A stretch of 62,951 nt of DNA, the filler included, from Chlamydiia bacterium (lineage in GTDB: Bacteria; Chlamydiota; Chlamydiia; Chlamydiales; FEN-1388): the NCBI GenBank assembly GCA_903848235.1. It is 5 parts of 5 records of this genome, joined end to end, with 100 filler letters (N's around TTAATTAATTAA, not from the genome) between each part and the next. Parts side by side here need not be neighbours in the genome. Positions count along the whole stretch, not along the records: positions 19,298 to 50,746 come from CAINFV010000096.1; 4 more parts are not named here. One strand, given 5' to 3'. Below are positions 30,900 through 39,417 of the stretch, piece by piece. A program made the translations under genes and the position numbers. Under the pieces are notes generated by a model. That model saw only the letters and a list, made by a program, of their open reading frames with translations. It did not search any database and was not told the origin of the DNA. The first letter of the stretch is position 1. Each line of letters opens with the position of its first letter.

Positions 30900-30939
30900 G
30901 CCGTCGGCTCTCTTACTGCGGAGGCACACTGAAGAATAT

Positions 30940-31815
30940 ATGGGATTTCTCGATCGGTGTATGAGTGATGTGCCTCTTTCGACACTCTCTACCTTTGGGA
31001 TAGGAGGTCGTGCGAAATGGCTGTTTCGAGCAGAGCGAGCCGAAGATCTCCAAGATGCCTTGCGTTTTGTCATGAGGGAACACTATCCCTTCCTTGTTGT
31101 AGGCCGTGGGTCGAACTGTCTTTTTCCTGATGAAGGATTTTCTGGCCTCGTAATTCATAATCGTGTAGAGACTCTCAAAGATGTGGGTGACGGCTGTTTT
31201 GAGGTAAGCGGCGGGTATAGTTTCCCTGCCCTTGGTGTAAAGACGGCGCGAGAGGGGTGGGGCGGCCTTGAGTTTGCCGGCGGGATTCCAGGCAGTGTTG
31301 GTGGAGCTGTGTTTATGAACGCAGGCGCCAATCAGCAGCAGATAGCAGACACAGTGGCATGGGTTGACTATGTTGACGAGGCAGGTGACATTATCCGTCT
31401 GAAACGAGAGGGTTTGGCGTTTGCATATCGATCTTCTTCATTTCAAGGCCGACGAGGCGTGATAGCGGCAGTAGGAGTTCAGCTGAAACGAGATGAAGGA
31501 GCCGCTTTCAGGCAACAAGAGATGGTTGCATATCGAAAGAAAACTCAGCCGTATCATGATCGATCAGCAGGCTGTGTCTTTCGGAATCCAGCTGGCGCCT
31601 CTGCTGGACGGCTTATCGAAGAGGTTGGCCTGAAGGGGAAGAGAATTGGGGGCGCCGAAGTGTCTCCCGTTCATGCGAATTTTATTGTGAACCGAGAAAA
31701 AGCCACGGCGCACGATGTCATTGCCCTTATGAACCACGTTCGTGATGTCGTTGCGCAGAGAAAAGGGGTGTGGTTGGAAAGCGAGATTCGTTGTATTGCA
31801 TCAACCGTCGAATAA
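30940..31815 (+). CDS. murB: UDP-N-acetylenolpyruvoylglucosamine reductase
   Basis: GRGSN, GIPGSVGGAVFMNAGA, SAGCVFRNP and HANFIVN motifs. Confidence 0.96.
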   Translation: MGFLDRCMSDVPLSTLSTFGIGGRAKWLFRAERAEDLQDALRFVMREHYPFLVVGRGSNCLFPDEGFSGLVIHNRVETLKDVGDGCFEVSGGYSFPALGVKTAREGWGGLEFAGGIPGSVGGAVFMNAGANQQQIADTVAWVDYVDEAGDIIRLKREGLAFAYRSSSFQGRRGVIAAVGVQLKRDEGAAFRQQEMVAYRKKTQPYHDRSAGCVFRNPAGASAGRLIEEVGLKGKRIGGAEVSPVHANFIVNREKATAHDVIALMNHVRDVVAQRKGVWLESEIRCIASTVE

Positions 31816-31825
31816 GAGGTGACTT

Positions 31826-32653
31826 TTGGACAGAAAAGTGGATCTTCATTGTCACAGCCTGTATTCGGATGGGACGTACACTCCTCGGCAACTTGTAGAC
31901 CTTGCTCTACAGATGAGTTTTAGCGGCCTTTCGATCACGGATCACGACACTATAGAAGCCTTTGATGAAGCATATCCATATGCTACCGAGAAGGGGTTGA
32001 TTTTTTTGCCTGGTGTTGAGATCTCTTCGAAGTTTCGTGACGAGCCGGTCCATATTCTTGGCTATTCCTTCGACCCCCATGCACAGAGTCTGATTGACTT
32101 TTGCAAACAGCATAGGGAGCGTCGTGAGATCCGAAATCAAATGATGTTAGAGAAGCTTTCCCGTGCCGGGATGACGGTTACGATGGAAGAGGTGAAGGCT
32201 CTCTCGCCACATGCGACGACCTATGGCCGCCCCCATATCGCCCTTGCTATGATGCAACGGGGGTATGTCGAAGACATTTCCTTTGCCTTCCGCCACTATC
32301 TGGGTTCTGGACGAAGCTGTTATGTAGAAGGCGATAAGTGGACGGTACAAGAGGCGATAGGAGCTATTCATACAGCACGTGGAAAGGCTGTCCTGGCCCA
32401 TCCGCAGCTTCTCAAAGCCCGCTCTCCGATCGAAGACCTGCTGGCCCTTCCTTTTGATGGGATCGAAGCCTATTATGCTTCGATGAATGCTGATGTGAAT
32501 CGCCGCTGGTGTGAGATCGCACAACGACATGGATTGTTTGTGACAGGGGGATCTGACTTTCACGGAAAGGTGAAGCCTGAGAGTCGTTTTGGCTCTTCAT
32601 GGGCACCTGAGGGGACCATTCAACTCCTCCAACAACATTTTCTTTCTTTGTGA
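31826..32653 (+). CDS. PHP-domain metal-dependent phosphoesterase (TrpH/YciV-like)
   Basis: DLHCHS..SDG, ITDHD, GVEIS, GRPHIA, LAHP and GGSDFHG motifs. Confidence 0.93.
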   Translation: MDRKVDLHCHSLYSDGTYTPRQLVDLALQMSFSGLSITDHDTIEAFDEAYPYATEKGLIFLPGVEISSKFRDEPVHILGYSFDPHAQSLIDFCKQHRERREIRNQMMLEKLSRAGMTVTMEEVKALSPHATTYGRPHIALAMMQRGYVEDISFAFRHYLGSGRSCYVEGDKWTVQEAIGAIHTARGKAVLAHPQLLKARSPIEDLLALPFDGIEAYYASMNADVNRRWCEIAQRHGLFVTGGSDFHGKVKPESRFGSSWAPEGTIQLLQQHFLSL

Positions 32654-33921
32654 ATAGCATGGAAGCTCTGCACTATAACGACGTTGTGCGTTGGCTCTTT
32701 TCCAAACATCGCTCTGCAGGGGTTCTGCTAGGGCTAGAACGCATGAAGAGAGCCTGTCGCCAACTTGGAAATCCGGAAGAGACTCTTCGCTGTGTTCATG
32801 TCGCGGGCACCAATGGCAAGGGATCGGTGTGCACTAAGATGGCAAAGGCCTTTGAGCTGGCTGGATATATCACAGGGCTGTTCACCTCTCCTCACATCAG
32901 CTCATTTCGAGAGCGGTTTGAGGTTCACAACATGTGCATCAGCGAAGAGGAGGTCGTAGAGGGCATTGCTACCATTCGAAGGAAGTGCTCTGACGATCTT
33001 ACATTTTTCGAGATCACTACCCTGCTGGCGTTCTTATGGTTTCAAAAGATGGGCGTCCAGATGGCTGTTCTTGAAACAGGCCTTGGCGGCAGGCTGGATG
33101 CTACTAATGTATGTCACCCTGAGCTGACTGTCATTACCTCCATTAGCTTCGACCATATGAACTATCTAGGAAATACCCTTGAGGCGATTACAGCTGAGAA
33201 GGCTGGGATTATCAAAGAGAAGGTGTCTGTCGTCATTGGGCCTAGGGTTCCTGTTGAAATTGTGCGTCATGAGGCACTGCTGCATCAAGCCGCCCTCTTC
33301 ATTGTGGAAGGATCGTTTACTGACTTTGACGCTGAAAATTCAGCCATTGCTGCCGAGGCTCTTAATCTTCTCAATATGCCCTCTCGATATATTGCTGAAG
33401 CTATTTGCTTTAGGCCTTCATGTCGCTTTCAGGAAGTACCGACGGATCTGGTTTTGCAAAAATGGGGGAGGGCTCCTCTGGCTCTGATTCTGGATGTGGC
33501 TCATAATCCAGATGGCATGGAGCGGCTTGTCATGAAGGCCAAGGGGGCATTCATGAGCTCTCCGTTGTGTATTCTCCTAGCAGTATCGCAGGACAAAGAT
33601 GTTTCGGAGATGATAGAGAGTCTGCGAGGCGCTGCAGCAGCTATTATCTGTACGGAGGCTTTGTCGCCCCGTGCGATGCCTGCTGCTGCACTTGCAGATA
33701 TTGTGAGAAAGAAAAGTGATGATATCCAGGTGATGGAGAATTCTGACTTGAAAGAGGCTCTCTCTCTCGCTCTTGATTTTTCTGCATCCCATCAGCTCCC
33801 TCTCATTGCTACCGGAACTTTTTTCTTTATGAGCGCCGTCCTCCAGGCTCTTGGTTTTGATGAGACTGTAGATCAGCTCGAGCTAAATTGTTCTCACCAC
33901 AATATTCCCCATTTCTTATAA
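32650..33921 (+). CDS. folC: Folylpolyglutamate/dihydrofolate synthase
   Basis: HVAGTNGKGS, FTSPH, LETGLGGRLDATN and LDVAHNPDG motifs. Confidence 0.95.
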   Translation: MNSMEALHYNDVVRWLFSKHRSAGVLLGLERMKRACRQLGNPEETLRCVHVAGTNGKGSVCTKMAKAFELAGYITGLFTSPHISSFRERFEVHNMCISEEEVVEGIATIRRKCSDDLTFFEITTLLAFLWFQKMGVQMAVLETGLGGRLDATNVCHPELTVITSISFDHMNYLGNTLEAITAEKAGIIKEKVSVVIGPRVPVEIVRHEALLHQAALFIVEGSFTDFDAENSAIAAEALNLLNMPSRYIAEAICFRPSCRFQEVPTDLVLQKWGRAPLALILDVAHNPDGMERLVMKAKGAFMSSPLCILLAVSQDKDVSEMIESLRGAAAAIICTEALSPRAMPAAALADIVRKKSDDIQVMENSDLKEALSLALDFSASHQLPLIATGTFFFMSAVLQALGFDETVDQLELNCSHHNIPHFL

Positions 33922-33962
33922 AAGGGGATTCTGAACGGTAAAGCCGGAGGAGGAAGAGGAGA

Positions 33963-34259
33963 ATGGATATGCTTTTGATCGGACAGTGGATTCTTTTTGG
34001 CATTGTGGTGCTTCTTGGAGTTGTCTTGCTCTGGAAGGCTGCAGGCTACTTGTTGAAGCTTGTATGCATCCTTGTTGTGGCTGTCATCATAGTGTATGGG
34101 CTACACCGCTATTCTTTATTGCCAGAACCGGCCCAGAAATACATTGACGAGCTTGTTTCGCAGGATACTGCTCAGAAGGTAAAGGGCTGGATGCATCAGA
34201 AGTGCCAGGACGAAAATGGAGAAAAAACGACTCAGGATGATAAAGAATCTAATTCCTAG
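33963..34259 (+). CDS. Small membrane protein
   Basis: Strong RBS; two hydrophobic helices. Confidence 0.7.
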   Translation: MDMLLIGQWILFGIVVLLGVVLLWKAAGYLLKLVCILVVAVIIVYGLHRYSLLPEPAQKYIDELVSQDTAQKVKGWMHQKCQDENGEKTTQDDKESNS

Positions 34260-34288
34260 TTGTTGACATTTTCCGTCACCGGTATACT
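34260..34288 (+). promoter_or_regulatory. Probable sigma66 promoter for tRNA-Val
   Basis: TATACT at 34283-34288; upstream TTGTTG (17-nt spacing) overlaps TTGACA (14-nt spacing). Confidence 0.5.
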
Positions 34289-34301
34289 GGTGCCACTTTT
34301 G

Positions 34302-34375
34302 GGGGTATTAGCTCAGTTGGTTAGAGCGCCACGTTGACATCGTGGAGGTCGGCTGTTCGAGCCAGCCATACCCCA
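34302..34375 (+). tRNA. tRNA-Val(GAC), CCA not encoded
   Basis: Acceptor stem GGGGTAT/ATACCCC; D-arm AGCTCAGTTGGTTAGAGC; anticodon arm CCACG-TTGACAT-CGTGG; T-loop GTTCGA. Confidence 0.97.
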
Positions 34376-34390
34376 ATTGGGTTGACGTCA

Positions 34391-34749
34391 GTCAGCCACA
34401 CCCCTCCCTAAAGGGAGAGGCTTGAGGGGAGAAATCTCCAAGGGCGGTTGACCAGACCCCTCGGGAATCCGAGGAGACGCTTTTGTGGAATGGCAAGGGG
34501 AACCTTGCCGAAATAGGTACTCAGGGATGCGTTGCCAGTCCCGGACTGTGCGGTAGATGTTCATTCTATAGAGAGGTGACTTTCTGAAGGATGTCTACAA
34601 AAACCCACAAAAGACAAGGTCGAGGCGAACGTTATTCAGGTCCTTACGGGCATTTTGGGAGGGGAAACCCTCCCATTTTTAGCACTTAACTTAGGGAGCG
34701 AGGCTTCCTCCATGACCTAAAGGTCACGGTCTTTAGCCTCGTCGAATTG
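34391..34749 (+). ncRNA. ORF-less HEARO/omega-RNA-like element (non-autonomous IS200/IS605, IscB type)
   Basis: 5' GTCAGCC..CCCTCCCTAAAGGGAGAGGCTTG with GTCAGCC pairing to GGTTGAC(CAG); AATAGGTAC..GGGATGC..CCAGTCCCGGAC; GTCGAGGCGAAC; 3' hairpin TTCCTCCATGACCTAAAGGTCACGG; no ORF inside. Confidence 0.8.
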
Positions 34750-34778
34750 ATGAAAGTACAGCAGAGGGAAAAAAGCTC

Positions 34779-35297
34779 TTGAGAGTAAACCACGAGATTC
34801 GAGCTCCACGAGTGCGTGTTATCAATGAGGCTGGGGAGCAACTTGGTGTGCTCACCCATCACGAGGCGATGACATTAGCCCGAGATTCAGGGCTTGACCT
34901 TGTTGAAGTAGTTTCGACGTCAGTTCCTCCTGTGTGCAAGATCATTGACTACGGGAAGTTTCGGTACGATCAGACAAAACGCGAACGAGAAAGCCGAAAA
35001 GCTCAACACCAGGTGAAAGTCAAAGAGGTCAAGATTGGACCGAATATCTCCGAACATGACTTGATGGTTAAAGTGCGTCAAGCGCGAGATTTTCTCGATA
35101 AGGGGAATAAGGTCAAAGTTTCTTGTCAATTTCGAGGAAGAGAGATCACTCATCCCGAAGTTGGTGAGAAATTGATGATGCGTGTCGTCCAAGAGCTGGA
35201 AGATGTATCGATAGTTGAAGCTATGCCGAAGTTTTTAGGAAAGCTTTTGGGATTGGTGCTCGCTCCATCTGGGAAAAAGAAAAAGGTCGGTCCTTAA
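34779..35297 (+). CDS. infC: Translation initiation factor IF-3 (TTG start)
   Basis: RVNHEIRAPRVRVI, LDLVEV...PPVCKIIDYGKF and FRGRE motifs. Confidence 0.97.
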   Translation: MRVNHEIRAPRVRVINEAGEQLGVLTHHEAMTLARDSGLDLVEVVSTSVPPVCKIIDYGKFRYDQTKRERESRKAQHQVKVKEVKIGPNISEHDLMVKVRQARDFLDKGNKVKVSCQFRGREITHPEVGEKLMMRVVQELEDVSIVEAMPKFLGKLLGLVLAPSGKKKKVGP

Positions 35298-35486
35298 CCC
35301 GAAGTTCTTTCTTTTCCTTGCCTGATACCAGGGCTGCAGGATAAGATATTTAGCTTAGATGTATTACCCGTTATACGACAGACGGGAAAAGCATTGATTA
35401 TTAGAAATCGTTTCTGGTGATCAGACCACCGGCGGGAAGGGTGCCGAAAGCCGAAGAATGGTTACCGTGAAAAGGAGATGATTGCT

Positions 35487-35681
35487 GTGCCAAAAATGAA
35501 GACTGTAAAGGCCATCAAGGCAAGATTTCGTGTCACAGGGACAGGGAAATTAAAGCGAAGTCGCGCCGGAAAGCGCCACTTGCTTGCAGGAAAGAGTCAA
35601 AAACGTAAACGTCAATTGAGACAACCGGCAATTGCCGATCATGCTCATGAAAAGGTGTACTCCCTTCTCATGGGAGTTTAA
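35487..35681 (+). CDS. rpmI: 50S ribosomal protein L35
   Basis: PKMKT..A.KARFRVTGTGK, KRHLL; GTG start 9 nt after AGGAG. Confidence 0.96.
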   Translation: MPKMKTVKAIKARFRVTGTGKLKRSRAGKRHLLAGKSQKRKRQLRQPAIADHAHEKVYSLLMGV

Positions 35682-35709
35682 TTCGGAAGGGAAGCGAGGG
35701 AGATAAGAC

Positions 35710-36072
35710 ATGGTTAGAGCGACAAATTCAGTGGCGTCCCACAAGCGCAGAAAACGGATGATGAAGCTGGCAAAAGGGTTCTGGGGCGACCGGAAGAACC
35801 ACTTACGGCTTACCTCCGATGCTGTAGCAAAGGCACTCTCAGATAACTATAAGCACAGAAAACTGCGAAAAAGAGAGTTTCGAAGCCTATGGGTGACGCG
35901 GTTGAGCGTTGCTTCAAAGATGCATGGATTGTCCTATAGTTCATTTATCGATGCTTTGAAAAAAGCAGGGTGCCTACTCAATCGTAAGATTCTCTCAGAG
36001 ATGGCAATTCACGATCCTAAGGATTTTGCTGCTGTCGTCAGTCAGGTCAAGCCGCACGCTGTTGTGGTATAA
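35710..36072 (+). CDS. rplT: 50S ribosomal protein L20
   Basis: LAKGFWGDR, KREFRSLW and LNRKILSEMAIHDP motifs. Confidence 0.97.
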   Translation: MVRATNSVASHKRRKRMMKLAKGFWGDRKNHLRLTSDAVAKALSDNYKHRKLRKREFRSLWVTRLSVASKMHGLSYSSFIDALKKAGCLLNRKILSEMAIHDPKDFAAVVSQVKPHAVVV

Positions 36073-36085
36073 GGCCTTTTAGATA

Positions 36086-36129
36086 ATCCTTGATGTTGTT
36101 AGCAGCATCAAGGGTTTTTTCTTTTTTTT
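36086..36129 (+). terminator. Rho-independent terminator after rplT
   Basis: ATCCTTGATGTTG-TTAG-CAGCATCAAGGGT followed by a long T tract. Confidence 0.8.
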
Positions 36130-36206
36130 CTGCTCATTTTTTTGCTTTCTTATGACTTCGACTTTGCTCAATTTTTGGACTCTTCTACGACCCCGAAAAA
36201 CAGTCC

Positions 36207-36920
36207 CTAAGCGGTTGGTTGGGATACGGTTGCGACATTGGTCTGGTTCAGAGCCTCAACTTCTACATCGACGATGAGGAGAGAATTGGGCGCGACGTGG
36301 CCGAAGAGCGCATAGCCGAGCTCTGGGTGGATGTAGAGCTGTCGCCGCTCACCCTCTCGCATCCCCTCTACTCCCTTTGCAAAGCCAGGAATTGTTTCGT
36401 CAAGAGGTACCGTATGCGGTCCCATCCCTTTGCGTGTAGTAGCAATCGTTTCGCCATCCAGGGTCCAAACACTGTAGTGTAAGAGGGGAGAGCTACCTCC
36501 CTGAACAGAGGCGGTCCCGCGACCTTCTTGAAGCACCTCGTAAAGTATCATGCCTCTCTCAAGGGCGTGTATAGTTGGCTTGAGGGCGACTTTTTGTAAA
36601 AATGAGCGCGCATCCTCAAGATTCTTCTGTGCTTCAGCCTCAAACAATTTGACGGCCACGCTGAATGAATTCCCACTCCCATCGAGCATTGCAATAGCTG
36701 CTTTCCCAGAAGCATAGTCTTCGATTCCCTCAATGACGGCCCGAAGATCGATCCATTCTGCATTCTCGTGGAGGTCCTGTGCAATTCTGTATCCTTCTCT
36801 TCGAGAGAATTGGCGTGTAATATTCTTCATCTCTGACGAGGCTTGTACAAGGACCAGCTCTTGATCTTCGGAATATCCACAGATAGAGCTAAGAACAAAA
36901 ACAAGAATCCAGCATCTCAT
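36207..36920 (-). CDS. FKBP-type peptidyl-prolyl isomerase (Mip-like), exported
   Basis: YEVLQEGRG and IPGFAKGVEGMREGERRQLYIHPELGY..PNSLLIVDVEV motifs; N-terminal signal. Confidence 0.9.
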   Translation of the reverse strand: MRCWILVFVLSSICGYSEDQELVLVQASSEMKNITRQFSRREGYRIAQDLHENAEWIDLRAVIEGIEDYASGKAAIAMLDGSGNSFSVAVKLFEAEAQKNLEDARSFLQKVALKPTIHALERGMILYEVLQEGRGTASVQGGSSPLLHYSVWTLDGETIATTRKGMGPHTVPLDETIPGFAKGVEGMREGERRQLYIHPELGYALFGHVAPNSLLIVDVEVEALNQTNVATVSQPTA

Positions 36921-37912
36921 TGGGCCCCCACAGACTCAAAAAACTTCTCCAGGACTTTTTCTAGAATTTTTTCATCATTTAACAGCTGTGTCAATTGAGC
37001 TTGTACTGCTTGATATTCATTGACTAGCTGTACTGTCTCTTCGTTTTCCGGATCGCCGGAGAAACAGGGTAACATAATTGAGGACGCAAGACGACAATGG
37101 CGACAGACGCCGCCTGCTGGGCCAAGTTGTTTATCCAACTCCGCATATCTTTGCTCAAGGGTCTGGATGTCGGAAGAGAAAGCCCTTCCCTGTGGTGTCA
37201 CGGTCATTGTACGACGGTTTTTGTCCTTACGGTTATCATTGAGCAAAAAAACCTCGTTCATATCGACGAGATTTTGTTGGGAGGGATCTTTCCATGGAGG
37301 AAATCCTTGGTTATGGATGAAGTTCTCGAATTGAGAACGGCGATCAAAGGCTAAGGCATTGTGTGTGCCAAATCCAAAGAGGATACCAAAAAGTGCATGG
37401 TTCCTCTGGATAGCAGACCCTAATGTGCATTTCTTCTCTTCAATGTCTCTGAGCAATCCTTCTGGGGTAATGTCTGTTCTGAGGACTTCCTGAAAAATCG
37501 TTAAATTTTCTCGAACAACCCGAAGAAAATCCCTCTTGTTCACCAGGTAAATCCAGGGCATTTCTTGATTTTCTTCTAGGAGTACTAAAAACTTTTGCGA
37601 ATTGAGGTTCTTTTCATATTTGCTGAGTAGAGGGAGAGCGAATTTCAGAAAAAAAAATCTATGATCTAGTACCGATAAAGACCCGTCGCTCGTACATGAA
37701 AGAGGCTTGTTCCCAAAAAGGGTATACCCGAATGTGGACGTGAAGAGGAGTTCTTTACACAAACAGCTAAGGAACTTGCGTTCTGTTGGGGAAAGTTTTT
37801 GGAGGAGTTCCCGTGCATATGCCTTCTGTGTCGGGTTCCCCTCCTTTGGTATGTGCTGCAAAATAACAAAGACAAAACTAAGTAGCGTGAGCAAGCATAG
37901 TATCTTTTTCAT
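36917..37912 (-). CDS. Hypothetical exported/membrane-anchored protein
   Basis: N-terminal hydrophobic segment; FGYTLFGNKP and GILFGFG.HNA..F motifs, which I recall from environmental-chlamydia hypothetical proteins. Confidence 0.7.
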   Translation of the reverse strand: MKKILCLLTLLSFVFVILQHIPKEGNPTQKAYARELLQKLSPTERKFLSCLCKELLFTSTFGYTLFGNKPLSCTSDGSLSVLDHRFFFLKFALPLLSKYEKNLNSQKFLVLLEENQEMPWIYLVNKRDFLRVVRENLTIFQEVLRTDITPEGLLRDIEEKKCTLGSAIQRNHALFGILFGFGTHNALAFDRRSQFENFIHNQGFPPWKDPSQQNLVDMNEVFLLNDNRKDKNRRTMTVTPQGRAFSSDIQTLEQRYAELDKQLGPAGGVCRHCRLASSIMLPCFSGDPENEETVQLVNEYQAVQAQLTQLLNDEKILEKVLEKFFESVGAQ

Positions 37913-37929
37913 ACTTCAATTTTCTATAA

Positions 37930-38241
37930 TTATTGGTGGCGGTGACATTTGGGGCAGTGAGTATGATCGTGCCAATTGTACTTAAATCCGCAAGTTCTAC
38001 ATTCAATAATGTATGGTGTTTCCCTCTTGATATACAACCCCCCCTTGTCTTTTGAGATGGTTTCTACAGGGACCAAGCGGCCCTTTTCTAGAACGAAGAT
38101 GCCATTTTCACTGACTCTGATATCACGAGGATCAACATATGTTTTTTTGGACTGGTGAGAATTTTTCACGTTAGTTTTTGCCTCACAAGACATCATAGAA
38201 AGGCATGCGATACCGAGCAGAGCGACAAAAATACTTTTCAT
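37930..38241 (-). CDS. Small exported protein/lipoprotein with C-terminal CxxC..CxxC zinc ribbon
   Basis: RBS AAGGA; signal peptide containing Cys; ECRTCG...HCPKC. Confidence 0.7.
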   Translation of the reverse strand: MKSIFVALLGIACLSMMSCEAKTNVKNSHQSKKTYVDPRDIRVSENGIFVLEKGRLVPVETISKDKGGLYIKRETPYIIECRTCGFKYNWHDHTHCPKCHRHQ

Positions 38242-38515
38242 GATTTATTCCTTTTTGAGATTAGGCAGAGGTTCTTTCCATGACTCGTCTCGTATACTCC
38301 TGCACCCAAATTCTAAGGAAGACCGAAATCCTTGTTGGTTTTTTTCTTCAAACACGATTCAATTGATAGGTTTTAACCCAACGATGCCCTCGTGAGTAGG
38401 GTTTCACGCTTCGGGTTTAGGGACTGGAAAGAAATAAGTCAGACGATTCGGGTGAGCAAAGACCAATTCTTCAACTTATTTGGGTATACATTTAACTGAT
38501 TGCGAAGGAGATAAA

Positions 38516-39364
38516 ATGAAAATGGATAGAGAAGTGAAAGAGGAAGAGCAGGAATTCCCATGGACACATCCAGAGGTATTGGAACTTCACAAGATGTTTG
38601 ACCAAGAGTTTGCAAAAACGCGGTCGGCAGAGGAAGGAGAGGCTCTTTTTGTGCGATTTTTCTCGCCAACAGGGCTTGTCGAAGAAAAGCTGAAGGATTG
38701 GCAGGGCAGAGATGTCGATATTAACGATGTCATGACCATTGCTTTTGAGCTCTACACCTTTTCGTGTTTTATCTTTTCCTGCTTCTTTTTTAATGACTAT
38801 CCAGAAGAAATTGTCAAGGAGTGGTGGCAAAATCCTGGGATGCGGTCATGGGCAAACGAAAATGCGTTCTTAGAACCTTCTGTGATGAAGATCAAAGTCG
38901 AATTTGATAAAGAGGCATCAGCCTGTCAGACGATGCTTGACTTAGAAGAGCTTCGTGAGAAGTACCTCGCTCCACGTGGGGTGATAGGCCAGGAATTTCA
39001 AAAGCTTGTGTCGTTAGACAAGAAGAGACAGGTGGCGATGGGCGCTGAGCTCTTTAGCTTGAAGTCCTATATCGATTATGCCCTGTTTGCGATAGAATAT
39101 TCTGCGAAAGTGGAAACATGGACAACCCCAGCGGTGCGGAAGATCCACTATCAGTTTGAAAGCGATTTGAAAGCGGGGAAGACAGAAGAAGACTTTCGCG
39201 CTTTAGAGCAACGGTATATTGGGAAAAAGGGTGTGATTGCCACTGAGTTGGCAAAGGTGCAAAGTAATGGCGGGCAGACACCGTCAAAGCACGCTGAAGA
39301 GCTTGCTCGTCTTCGAGATGCCTTTCAGTCGTTTTTCTCATCACATGCAAGCGAAAAGAAGTAA
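38516..39364 (+). CDS. Protein made of three tandem PheS N-terminal-arm-like repeats
   Basis: ATG after AAGGAG; repeats LEELREKYLAPRGVI and FRALEQRYIGKKGVI align with VEALKLRYLGKKGII of the adjacent PheS. Confidence 0.75.
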   Translation: MKMDREVKEEEQEFPWTHPEVLELHKMFDQEFAKTRSAEEGEALFVRFFSPTGLVEEKLKDWQGRDVDINDVMTIAFELYTFSCFIFSCFFFNDYPEEIVKEWWQNPGMRSWANENAFLEPSVMKIKVEFDKEASACQTMLDLEELREKYLAPRGVIGQEFQKLVSLDKKRQVAMGAELFSLKSYIDYALFAIEYSAKVETWTTPAVRKIHYQFESDLKAGKTEEDFRALEQRYIGKKGVIATELAKVQSNGGQTPSKHAEELARLRDAFQSFFSSHASEKK

Positions 39365-39372
39365 CGAATTCT

Positions 39373-39417
39373 GTCAACTACCTCTCCCTAAGGGGAGAGG
39401 CTTGGAGAAAATTCTAA
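39373..39417 (+). mobile_element. Miniature IS200/IS605 (IscB-type) end-hairpin remnant
   Basis: GTCAACTACCTCTCCCTAAGGGGAGAGGCTTG is nearly identical to the 5' end of the 34391 element. Confidence 0.7.

Noticed and set aside
34429..34700. Riboswitch or group I/II intron downstream of tRNA-Val
   Set aside because: The end hairpins and internal blocks fit an IS200/IS605 omega/HEARO element better, and a second copy of the end exists at 39373
34746..34778. In-frame ATT as the autoregulatory infC start
   Set aside because: It lies within the end of the mobile element and lacks an RBS, whereas TTG at 34779 has GAGGG upstream; cannot be fully excluded
38242..38515. T-box or other leader for pheS; also a short TTCTTTCCA/TGGAAAGAA inverted repeat
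   Set aside because: No T-box consensus seen; the 9-bp repeat is too short to support an element
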